From contig JAZREU010000005.1 of assembly GCA_045660925.1 (NCBI GenBank), positions 2,334 to 66,333 on the forward strand: a stretch of 64,000 nt of DNA, read 5' to 3'. The DNA comes from Paludibacteraceae bacterium (GTDB taxonomy: Bacteria > Bacteroidota > Bacteroidia > Bacteroidales > Paludibacteraceae). Below are positions 8,595-17,111 of this stretch, piece after piece. Under the pieces are notes generated by a model that saw only the letters and a program-made list of their open reading frames with translations, made no database searches and had not been told where the DNA came from. Position 1 is the stretch's first letter. Each line of letters starts with the position of its first letter. Both the position numbers and the translations under genes were made by a program.

Positions 8595-11500
8595 ATGATG
8601 AACAAACACAAAGAGAATGGCTTTCGTAGCCTACTCATGACATTCGCAGTATTTGCAATGTCGTTGGTTAGCATCAGTGCTATGGCAGCACCTATTTCAG
8701 TAGTAGGTAAAGTAGTAGATGCTAATGGTGAACCTCTTGTTGGTGCCAGCGTTGTAGAAGCAGGTACTGCCAATGGTACAATTACCGATTTGGACGGTGC
8801 TTTCGTTCTCAACGTAGAGCCAAACGTGACCCTCGTAATTTCTTACGTAGGTTACAAAGATCAAGAAGCTCGCGCTCACAAGGACATGGTTGTTATGCTC
8901 CGCGAGGACACTCAAATCCTTGACGAGGTAGTAGCCATCGGTTATGGTACACAAAAGAAGGCGAACCTGACTGGTGCGGTAACAACCGTAGATGTTTCTA
9001 AAACCCTTGAGTCTAAAACCGAGTCTGATGTGGCTAAAGCCCTTCAAGGTGCTGTGCCAGGTTTGACTATCACCAACGCAACTGGTGACTTGGACGCAGA
9101 CCCAACCGTAGTTATCCGTGGTATTGGTACATTGTCTAACAGTGGTACATCTACTCCTCTCTACATTGTGGACGGTGTGCCAGTAGAGAACTTGGGTTAC
9201 CTCAACTCTAACGACATTGAGTCTATCTCTGTATTGAAGGATGCTTCTTCTACCGCTATCTACGGTACACGTGCAGCCTTCGGTGTGGTATTGGTAACTA
9301 CCAAAACCGCAAAGACCGCAGAGAAAGTAACTGTTACTTACAACAACAACTTCGCATGGAGTCGTGCTACTGCTTCTCCAGATTACCCAACTGTATATGA
9401 GCAAGCAGTTGCTATGACCGAGGCTAAGGGTTATCTTGGTGAGCGTGCAGAGCTCTTTGGTATGTATGTAGATGAAGAGGCTTATCAAACTAAGGCACAA
9501 GAATGGCTCGAATGGGCAAAAACTCAAGGTTGGAAGAATAACAAGTCTCCTTATCGAGAGATGGTGTATGGTTTGGACTATGACGAGAATGGTTTCTACG
9601 CAGACTGGGATGTAGCAGGTATCTTCTTCAACGAGGCTACTCCTTCGCAAAACCACAACCTTTCTATTTCTGGTAACTCTGGTAAGACCAACTACTATAT
9701 GTCTCTTGGTTACAACCACCAACAAGGTATCTTGAACTTCAATCCTGATAAGATGGATAAGTTCAATGCTACAATCAATCTCTCTACCAAAGTAAACAAC
9801 TGGTTAGAAGTTGGTGCTCGTTTCAACATGCAACACCGCAACTATCAATATCCAGAAAACCGCGTAGGTGGTTACTCTAACCTCTGGCGTTGGGGTTCAT
9901 TCTTCGGCCCTTGGGGATATCTCCAAGACGAGGAAGGTCAAATATATGATGGCTATACATTCCTTGGTGGTTTGAAAGAGGCTGGCGAAGCTTACAAAAA
10001 GCGTATGAACATGCGCGCTGGTGGTTTTATCAAGTTAACCCTTGCTAAGGGCCTCACCTTCAATGGTGATTATACCTTCACTTATCGCGCTGGCAACGAG
10101 AAAGCTATCGGTATGCCTGCTAAATATCAAGTAGATACATGGAGCCCTGGTCTGTTTAAAGAAGACTGGAGTGGTGCAATTGCTCCTTATCCAACAGATA
10201 GCTACCTCACCCAAACTAATTCACACTACTACAACCATGTGGCTAACATGTTCTTGAATTACAACGGTTCTTGGAGCGATCACAACCTCAACGTAATGGT
10301 AGGTGCAAACATCGATAAGAGCGATTATCAATACCTCACCCTTACTCGTAAAGACTTGCAAGATCTCAACTTGCCAGAGATGATTCTCACCTCAGATTAT
10401 AAGACCTTTAGCCAAGCACACAGCCATAGTGGTTCTGCTGGTATCTTCGCTCGTATCAACTACGACTACAAGGGTATCTACCTCCTCGAGTTGAGCGGAC
10501 GCTACGACGGTTCAAGCAAGTTCCCAACTCACACACAATGGGCATTCTTCCCATCTGGTTCTGTAGGTTATCGTATCAGCGAGGAAGCTTACTTCGCAGA
10601 GGCTAAGAATTATGTTAGCAACTTGAAACTCCGCGCTTCTTATGGTGTGATCGGTAACCAAGAAATTGGTAGTAACATGTTCCTCGAGACCATGACAAAG
10701 TATCCAAATGGTGTAAACTGGCTTGGTTCTGGTGATGTGAAATTCGACTATTTCGGTCAACCAGACATGGTATCTCCTGCTCTTACTTGGGAGAGTATCG
10801 CAACTACCAACGTAGGTATTGACCTTGGTTTCTTCAACAACGATTTGAATGTAAACTTCGATTGGTATCAACGTGTAACTGACGGTATGTTGGCTCCTGG
10901 TAACCCATTGCCATCTATAATCGGTGCTGAAGCAGCATTTGAGAACACTGGTCAGTTGCGTACACGCGGATGGGAGTTGAACCTTGACTGGCGCCACGTA
11001 TTCCATGAGGCTGGCGACTTGGCAGTTCACGCTAACTTCAACCTTGCTGATTACAAGGCTACTATCACACAATGGGAATTGCTTGGTAATGATGATGAGA
11101 ATAAGAAATATGTCAATGACAGATATTCTGGTAAAGAGTATGGCGAAATTTGGGGATTCCAAACAGAACGCTACTTTACTCCAGATGACTTCAATGCAGA
11201 TGGTAGTTACAAGCAAGTACTTGACGCTGATGGCAACTTTGTTTCAGGTACTGCTGATCAAACCTTGCTCGAAGTAGATCCTAAGTTTGACTTCGGTCCT
11301 GGTGATATCAAGTTTGTTGACCAAAACGGCGATGGTAAGATTGATTGGGGTAAAGGTACTACCGATGATCATGGCGATCTCGTGAAGATTGGTAACACCA
11401 CTCCACGTTGGCAATACTCATTCCGTCTCGGTGCTGAATGGAAAGGTATTGACTTCGACATCTTCTTCCAAGGTGTAGGAAAACGCGAAATGTGGAGTAC

Positions 11501-11978
11501 TTCTGCGTTCGTAATGCCTATGATGCGTGCTGCAGACGTAACCATCTATGCTAACCAAACTGATTACATTACTAAAGAGGAAATTGAGGCTGGTAACATC
11601 CGTCAAGATGCTGACTATCCACGTATTTTCCCAGGAAACGAGAAGGCTACTTCTGCAGGTTCTTTAATTATGGATGCAGGTTCAAACAACTACGTTCCTC
11701 AAGATAAGTATTTGATCAACATGGCTTATCTCCGTCTGAAGAACTTGACCGTTGGTTACACCTTGCCACAAAAGTGGACTCGTAAAGCAACTATTGAGAA
11801 AGTACGTTTCTATGCTTCTTTCAGCAACTTGGCTGACCTTATCAACCATACTGCTAAGTACGGCTTCGACCCTGAGGTTTCAAGAGGTAAAGAAGGTGCT
11901 AATTATGGCAACGGAGCATACGCTCGTACTACACCTCTCATGCGTTCGTATTCATTCGGTTTGCAAGTAACCCTATAA
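8595..11978 (+). CDS. susC: SusC/RagA-family TonB-dependent outer-membrane transporter
   Basis: Signal peptide present. Carboxypeptidase-regulatory-like domain (VVDANGEPLVGASVVEAGTANGTITDLDGAF). SusC signature DEVVAIGYGTQKKANLTGAV. 1127 aa, immediately followed by a SusD-family gene. Confidence 0.92.
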   Translation: MMNKHKENGFRSLLMTFAVFAMSLVSISAMAAPISVVGKVVDANGEPLVGASVVEAGTANGTITDLDGAFVLNVEPNVTLVISYVGYKDQEARAHKDMVVMLREDTQILDEVVAIGYGTQKKANLTGAVTTVDVSKTLESKTESDVAKALQGAVPGLTITNATGDLDADPTVVIRGIGTLSNSGTSTPLYIVDGVPVENLGYLNSNDIESISVLKDASSTAIYGTRAAFGVVLVTTKTAKTAEKVTVTYNNNFAWSRATASPDYPTVYEQAVAMTEAKGYLGERAELFGMYVDEEAYQTKAQEWLEWAKTQGWKNNKSPYREMVYGLDYDENGFYADWDVAGIFFNEATPSQNHNLSISGNSGKTNYYMSLGYNHQQGILNFNPDKMDKFNATINLSTKVNNWLEVGARFNMQHRNYQYPENRVGGYSNLWRWGSFFGPWGYLQDEEGQIYDGYTFLGGLKEAGEAYKKRMNMRAGGFIKLTLAKGLTFNGDYTFTYRAGNEKAIGMPAKYQVDTWSPGLFKEDWSGAIAPYPTDSYLTQTNSHYYNHVANMFLNYNGSWSDHNLNVMVGANIDKSDYQYLTLTRKDLQDLNLPEMILTSDYKTFSQAHSHSGSAGIFARINYDYKGIYLLELSGRYDGSSKFPTHTQWAFFPSGSVGYRISEEAYFAEAKNYVSNLKLRASYGVIGNQEIGSNMFLETMTKYPNGVNWLGSGDVKFDYFGQPDMVSPALTWESIATTNVGIDLGFFNNDLNVNFDWYQRVTDGMLAPGNPLPSIIGAEAAFENTGQLRTRGWELNLDWRHVFHEAGDLAVHANFNLADYKATITQWELLGNDDENKKYVNDRYSGKEYGEIWGFQTERYFTPDDFNADGSYKQVLDADGNFVSGTADQTLLEVDPKFDFGPGDIKFVDQNGDGKIDWGKGTTDDHGDLVKIGNTTPRWQYSFRLGAEWKGIDFDIFFQGVGKREMWSTSAFVMPMMRAADVTIYANQTDYITKEEIEAGNIRQDADYPRIFPGNEKATSAGSLIMDAGSNNYVPQDKYLINMAYLRLKNLTVGYTLPQKWTRKATIEKVRFYASFSNLADLINHTAKYGFDPEVSRGKEGANYGNGAYARTTPLMRSYSFGLQVTL

Positions 11979-12050
11979 TTAATGTTTAGGAAACAGATGA
12001 ATAAATATTAATTATACTATTATTAACTATTGACTAAATTGAATACAGTT

Positions 12051-13763
12051 ATGAAAAAGATAATTTTAAGTTTGATGGCTGGTATGGTACTCTTCACAAG
12101 TTGCGACTTGTTGAATAATAATCCAGATGATTCTTTTACCAAAGATAACTTCTTTACCAGCGAAACCAACGTAGAAATGTACACCAACTCTTTCTACAGC
12201 GAATGGAGTGGTTATGGAAACAATGGTACTTACGGAACTTTCTATTTCCCAACCCTTAATGACAACCAAGCGGTTACTGGTATCACTACTTGGGATTTCA
12301 TTACTATTCCACCTTCAGATGGAACATGGGATGCAAGTTATGCAGAAATTCGTCGTGCAAATATCCTGCTTGAGAATATAGACAAAGTGGATATGCCAGC
12401 AGCGTCAGTAGCATACTATACATCTTTGGCACGTCTTTATCGCGCATGGCAACACTTCTGCGTAGTTCGCAAGTTCGGTGATTGCTATTATGTAGATCGT
12501 TCTCTTACTACTGAGGACAAAGATATTCTCTATGGTCCACGTCAAAATCGCAACGATGTAATGGACAAGATGCTCGAAGACCTCAACTACGCAGTAGAAA
12601 ACATGGGCGACAAGAACGCTGATTCTCGTACAGCTTACAACGTATATGTTGCTAATGCAATTAAAGCACAAATCTGTCTCTTTGAGGGTACTTACGTTAA
12701 ATATCACCAAAATGAAGGTGATAACAACGACCGCTCAAGTCTGTATTTAAAAGAGGCTAAAGCAGCCGCTGAGGCTATCATCCAATCAGGCAAATTTGCT
12801 TTGACCCCAGGTGCTGAGGGTTACCGTGCTAACTACAACTCTCTTGAACTCGCTGGCAATACAGAGATGATTATGTACAAGAACTATGTACAAAACGTTC
12901 TTCGCCACGCTACCCAAGACTACTGCTGTGGTTCTACCCCAACCAATGGTATGAGTAAGTCTGCTTTCAATGCTTACTTGTTGAAGAACGGTAAATTAGC
13001 CGATCCTAACGATGACAAGGGTGTTTTGGGCACCGAAGGTTATGATGCTGGTAAGCCAGTTATCTATCACCTCCTCGAGGCACGTGACCCACGTTTGGCT
13101 CAAACCATTGACGGATACCTCTGCTACGTAGGTAACAACCGCGCTCGCTATGAGGGTGTTCCAGAACAAGAAGGTGCTGCTGAAAATACGGTGACTACTG
13201 GTTATGGTATCTTGAAATTTGACGAGCCTGTTACTCCATCTTCACTTCGTCAATCTACAACAGGTAACGTGACTGACTGCCCACTCTTCTGGTATGCAGA
13301 AATTCTGCTCACCCACGCAGAAGCTTGCGCAGAACTCGGTGAAGATGGTGATGCAATCGCATCCCTCAATGAGGTACGTGCCCGCGTGGAGATGCCAAAC
13401 TACGAGCCATTGAACGATCCTAATAACAACCACGGAGTTCGCGATCTCATTTGGGAAATCCGTCGCGAGCGTCGTGTGGAGTTGATGTTCGATAACAACG
13501 ACCGCTACTGGTCACTCATCCGTTGGCATCAATTGGATAAACTTGATACTGAGAACTATCCAGAACAAACTCTCGGTGCTTGGATTGAGAAGGGTTGGCC
13601 TGTAGGTGAAGGTTTGAAACTCACCAATGGTGATCATGGCTACATTGACCTGCGCGACACATACGTTCGCAAGTTTGAGGATAAGCATTATCTCGCTCCT
13701 ATCCCATCAGAGCAAATTGATTTGAACCCAGAGATCGGACAAAACGATGGTTGGATCAACTAA
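12051..13763 (+). CDS. susD: SusD/RagB-family surface lipoprotein
   Basis: The ORF track gives 12030..13763. The likely start is the ATG at 12051, giving the lipoprotein signal MKKIILSLMAGMVLFTSC. The C-terminal motif RRERRVELMFDNNDRYWSLIRW is typical of SusD. Confidence 0.9.
   Translation: MKKIILSLMAGMVLFTSCDLLNNNPDDSFTKDNFFTSETNVEMYTNSFYSEWSGYGNNGTYGTFYFPTLNDNQAVTGITTWDFITIPPSDGTWDASYAEIRRANILLENIDKVDMPAASVAYYTSLARLYRAWQHFCVVRKFGDCYYVDRSLTTEDKDILYGPRQNRNDVMDKMLEDLNYAVENMGDKNADSRTAYNVYVANAIKAQICLFEGTYVKYHQNEGDNNDRSSLYLKEAKAAAEAIIQSGKFALTPGAEGYRANYNSLELAGNTEMIMYKNYVQNVLRHATQDYCCGSTPTNGMSKSAFNAYLLKNGKLADPNDDKGVLGTEGYDAGKPVIYHLLEARDPRLAQTIDGYLCYVGNNRARYEGVPEQEGAAENTVTTGYGILKFDEPVTPSSLRQSTTGNVTDCPLFWYAEILLTHAEACAELGEDGDAIASLNEVRARVEMPNYEPLNDPNNNHGVRDLIWEIRRERRVELMFDNNDRYWSLIRWHQLDKLDTENYPEQTLGAWIEKGWPVGEGLKLTNGDHGYIDLRDTYVRKFEDKHYLAPIPSEQIDLNPEIGQNDGWIN
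13496..13528. repeat. Right copy of the 33-bp long-range inverted repeat, inside susD
   Basis: CAACGACCGCTACTGGTCACTCATCCGTTGGCA, encoding NDRYWSLIRW. Confidence 0.9.
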
Positions 13764-13786
13764 TCCTTTCGGATAATAATAGAAAA

Positions 13787-13809
13787 GGGCTGCTTCGGCA
13801 GTCCTTTTT
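13787..13809 (+). terminator. Intrinsic terminator of susC-susD
   Basis: GGGCTGC, TTCG tetraloop, GCAGTCC, then TTTTT. Confidence 0.75.
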
Positions 13810-13894
13810 GTTGTTATAGAATATCGAACACCACAAAAAAACACACTGGAATTGCAACACGGAAACTACAAAAGTGTTAAAGTTTCCTAAAATA

Positions 13895-13926
13895 TTTGGT
13901 AATACGAAATATAAATTGTACTTTTG
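13895..13926 (+). promoter_or_regulatory. Promoter of the TetR-efflux operon
   Basis: TTTG (13895-13898), 20 nt, TACTTTTG (13919-13926). Confidence 0.6.
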
Positions 13927-13969
13927 CACGCTTTTTGTAAAATGGTTAAGTACGCATAGCAAGACAATA

Positions 13970-14581
13970 ATGACTGACATGAAGGAAAATATACTGAAAG
14001 TAGCAACACCGCGCATGCAACAAGTAGGCATACGCTCTGTCAGCATTGATGACCTTTGCAAAGAACTGGGCATATCAAAGAAAACATTCTATGTCTATTT
14101 CCCATCCAAAGATGATCTTGTGGATGCCATGCTTCGCGCACACGAAGAGAAAATGACGAAAGACGTACAACACCTCGTTGCCAACAAAAGCGTGATGCAA
14201 CTGCTTGTAGATTGGGCAAAGATAGCCCGACAAACAGAGAAAAGTAGCCATCAGACACCTCCTGTGCTCTACGACCTGAAGAAATACTACCCCAGCCAGT
14301 TTCAGCAACACATCCAGCGAATCAACCACGTGATGCAGCAAGAATTGGTACGTTTTTTGCAGAAAGGACAGGCGGAAGGCATTTTCAGACAAGAGATAGA
14401 TGTGGAAGTGGCTGCCATGCTGATGGTAAACACGCATCAGATAGTAGCAGAATATATAGACAACAACAAACTGCACACACAAGAAGCACGCCACATCGGC
14501 AAGACATCCATGGACATTTTCCTGCGTGGCATTTTCACCCCCGAAGGACTGACCACATTGGAAAAAGCCGTGAAAAAATAA
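13970..14581 (+). CDS. TetR/AcrR-family transcriptional regulator
   Basis: HTH GIRSVSIDDLCKELGISKKTFYVYFPSKDDLV. The internal ATG at 13970 is chosen because the promoter lies inside the longer ORF (13874). Confidence 0.85.
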   Translation: MTDMKENILKVATPRMQQVGIRSVSIDDLCKELGISKKTFYVYFPSKDDLVDAMLRAHEEKMTKDVQHLVANKSVMQLLVDWAKIARQTEKSSHQTPPVLYDLKKYYPSQFQQHIQRINHVMQQELVRFLQKGQAEGIFRQEIDVEVAAMLMVNTHQIVAEYIDNNKLHTQEARHIGKTSMDIFLRGIFTPEGLTTLEKAVKK

Positions 14582-14610
14582 TTGAGGCTAATAATAAACC
14601 ATAAAGATAA

Positions 14611-15972
14611 ATGAAAAAGATTGTATTAACTATGTTTGTATTCGCCCTTTGTGCGAACATCGTGGCAGAGGACCATGTGATGGCTGCCACCAAACGTGCA
14701 CCCGAGCGCGAGGTGCCAGCAACCTTAAGCCTTAGCCTTGAGGAAGCGCAAGATTATGCGGTGGCGGAAAACCGCAGTTTGAGAAACGCTAGTTTGGCGG
14801 TTCAAAAAGCATATGCTACTCGCTGGCAAACAATCGCCAGCATGTTGCCTTCGGTAGATATGTCTTGGGCATTCCAATCGATGATGGGCTACGAAATGGA
14901 AATGCGCACGGGACAAAAAAATCCTATTACAGGCGAAGAGATTGTCACAAAAATCGCTATGCCAGACAACGGTACACTCGGCATTACCGCATCAGTAGGA
15001 ATCAACGGACAAGCCATCGTGGGCGCATTGCTCAACAACGTAGCTATCGAGATGCAGAAACTGAATCTCGAAATAAGCGAAGATAACCTGCGCGCCAGCG
15101 TAAAATCTTCATACGCCTCTGTGCTCGTTCTTGAAGATGTGGTCAAGCTATTGAATGTGTCGCTGAAAAATATCGAAGATTTGGCAGCTATGACCCAACG
15201 CAGCGTAGAGGTAGGGGCAGCCGAGCAAACAACAGCTGACCAAATCCTCGTGCGCGTGAATACCTTAAAGAATAATATCAACGCCAACAAGCGTTCGACA
15301 CAACTGGCGATAAATGCTCTAAAAGTATTGCTCAATGTACCAGTAGAAACAGAACTTACCTTAACAACCCAACTAACTGATATGCTGGGTGCAGAAGCTA
15401 TAGTGACATTATTGGGCAAGGACTTCGTTCTTGAGAACAACTTGAGTTATCAGACTCTCGCAAAGAATGTGGAACTGGCAAAGACCAACGTACATATGGC
15501 AGGTTGGGCATACGGACCAACAGTGGGAGTAGGTTATCAATATAGCAAAAAAGATTATTTCGGGGGAAAAGCGGGCTTTAACATGACCCCACCTAATGCA
15601 TTAAGCATACAAGTAAGTATGCCACTTTGGTCATCAGGCAAGCGTGCTGCAGGTGTAGTGGAGAAGAAAATCGCATTGGAAGAAGCCCGCAACACCTTTG
15701 AAGAGACAAGCGATAACCTTGGCATCCAAAACGAGCAATTGCGCTATAACTTGCAAAATGCGTATGAGACCTATACCAATGAGCAAGAAAATATAGAAGT
15801 CACACAGCGCGTGTTTGACAACACGAGTCGCAAATTTCAACAAGGCGTAGCCAGCAACCTCGACCTTGTGAATGCCAGCAACGACCTCATCACAGCACAA
15901 AGTAGCTATGTGCAAGCGGTATTGACACTGGTGAATGCCGAAGTGGAATTGGAGAAATTTTTGAATTTGTAA
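14611..15972 (+). CDS. TolC-like outer-membrane efflux channel
   Basis: Signal peptide. 453 aa with a two-repeat coiled/barrel pattern. It is in an operon with MFP and RND genes. Confidence 0.85.
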   Translation: MKKIVLTMFVFALCANIVAEDHVMAATKRAPEREVPATLSLSLEEAQDYAVAENRSLRNASLAVQKAYATRWQTIASMLPSVDMSWAFQSMMGYEMEMRTGQKNPITGEEIVTKIAMPDNGTLGITASVGINGQAIVGALLNNVAIEMQKLNLEISEDNLRASVKSSYASVLVLEDVVKLLNVSLKNIEDLAAMTQRSVEVGAAEQTTADQILVRVNTLKNNINANKRSTQLAINALKVLLNVPVETELTLTTQLTDMLGAEAIVTLLGKDFVLENNLSYQTLAKNVELAKTNVHMAGWAYGPTVGVGYQYSKKDYFGGKAGFNMTPPNALSIQVSMPLWSSGKRAAGVVEKKIALEEARNTFEETSDNLGIQNEQLRYNLQNAYETYTNEQENIEVTQRVFDNTSRKFQQGVASNLDLVNASNDLITAQSSYVQAVLTLVNAEVELEKFLNL

Positions 15973-15981
15973 TTCCGTTTA

Positions 15982-16065
15982 CCAGATACCGGATACCTGA
16001 TTCTGGACTCCGGACATTGGATTCCGAACACTGGACACCGGACACTGGATACCGGACACCGAATA
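15982..16065. repeat. Six tandem degenerate 14-bp units in the tolC-MFP spacer
   Basis: Units: ccagataccggata cctgattctggact ccggacattggatt ccgaacactggaca ccggacactggata ccggacaccgaata. Confidence 0.85.
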
Positions 16066-16093
16066 ACATGGATAACTAAATAACAACAGATAA

Positions 16094-17098
16094 ATGAAAA
16101 AGATTGTATTATTGATGGCTGCTGCAGCATGTCTGATTGGCTGTGGCAAGAAAGATGCTCAAGCCGTGCAAGAGGCTGAGCGCGTGGAAGTGGTAGGTAC
16201 CATGATCCTCGAAAATCATGAGATTGAGCGTGTGCTGAATATTAGCACCAACCTGCAAGGCTATTTGACACAAAACGTGGCACCTTCGTTGACAGGCAAG
16301 ATCGAACATATCTTCGTGGAAGTAGGTGATCGCGTGAAAGAAGGCGATATGCTGGTGCGTATGGATCAGAATCAATACCTTACAAGTAAGATTCAATTGG
16401 CTAACTTGGAGGTGGAGATGAGCCGTCTGGAAGCATTGCTTGCTACAGGTAGCGTGAGCCAACAGACCTATGACCAAACCAAAGTAGGTTACGACCAACT
16501 CAAGCAAAATCTCTCTTTCTTGGAGAAGAACACCTATGTAAAAGCTCCTTTTGAAGGCGTTATCTCTGCTAAAACATACGAGGATGGCGAGTTGTATGGC
16601 GGTCAACCAATCGTAGTTCTTACTCAAGTGAAGAAGCTGAAAGCGCTTATCGCTGTGCCAGAGACCTATTATCCTTTGATCAAGGAGGGCATGAAACTCA
16701 GCGTGAAGAGCGATATTTATCCAGAGGAGACTTTCCCTGCAACCATCGAGGTGGTATATCCTACTATCGACGCTGCGAGCCACACTTTCCAATGCAAGGT
16801 GGTGATTCCTAATGCCAACGAGAAATTGCGTCCTGGTATGTACGTGACTACTACTCTCGGACTTGGCAAGGAGAACACCATTGTGGTGCCTTATCAATCG
16901 GTAGAGAAATTGATTGGTTCGAACGAGCGCTTTGTGTTCATCAACGAGAACGGCTATGCTAAGCGTGTGAGCGTGAAACTTGGTCAACGCTTCGACGAGA
17001 ATATCGAGATTATTGCTCCTGAAATTCAACCAGGTGTAGAGTATATCCACAAAGGTCAAAGCAAACTCGTGGATGGTGTGAAAATCCAAGTAAAATAA
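16094..17098 (+). CDS. RND efflux periplasmic adaptor (MFP/HlyD family) lipoprotein
   Basis: Lipobox AAACLIGC. Shows the barrel-sandwich/coiled-coil pattern. Positioned between the TolC-like and RND pump genes. Confidence 0.88.
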   Translation: MKKIVLLMAAAACLIGCGKKDAQAVQEAERVEVVGTMILENHEIERVLNISTNLQGYLTQNVAPSLTGKIEHIFVEVGDRVKEGDMLVRMDQNQYLTSKIQLANLEVEMSRLEALLATGSVSQQTYDQTKVGYDQLKQNLSFLEKNTYVKAPFEGVISAKTYEDGELYGGQPIVVLTQVKKLKALIAVPETYYPLIKEGMKLSVKSDIYPEETFPATIEVVYPTIDAASHTFQCKVVIPNANEKLRPGMYVTTTLGLGKENTIVVPYQSVEKLIGSNERFVFINENGYAKRVSVKLGQRFDENIEIIAPEIQPGVEYIHKGQSKLVDGVKIQVK

Positions 17099-17111
17099 AA
17101 CCTAAAGAACT

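Noticed and set aside
13970-14581. TetR regulator as the regulator of the adjacent susC/susD pair
   Set aside because: It is separated from susD by a strong terminator, has its own promoter, and is followed within 30 nt by the TolC-MFP-RND genes. It belongs to the efflux operon.
15906-16130. 74-aa minus-strand ORF
   Set aside because: It is a translation of the 14-bp tandem repeat (VIRCPVSSVRCPVFGIQCPESRIRYPVSG) and overlaps two real gene ends.
16109-17089. 326-aa minus-strand ORF
   Set aside because: It is antisense to the MFP adaptor gene. The same applies to 8697..9725 (antisense susC), 42637..43686 (antisense mutase), 38839..39597 (antisense dnaN), 36772..37446 (antisense rnz) and 10512..11216 (antisense susC).
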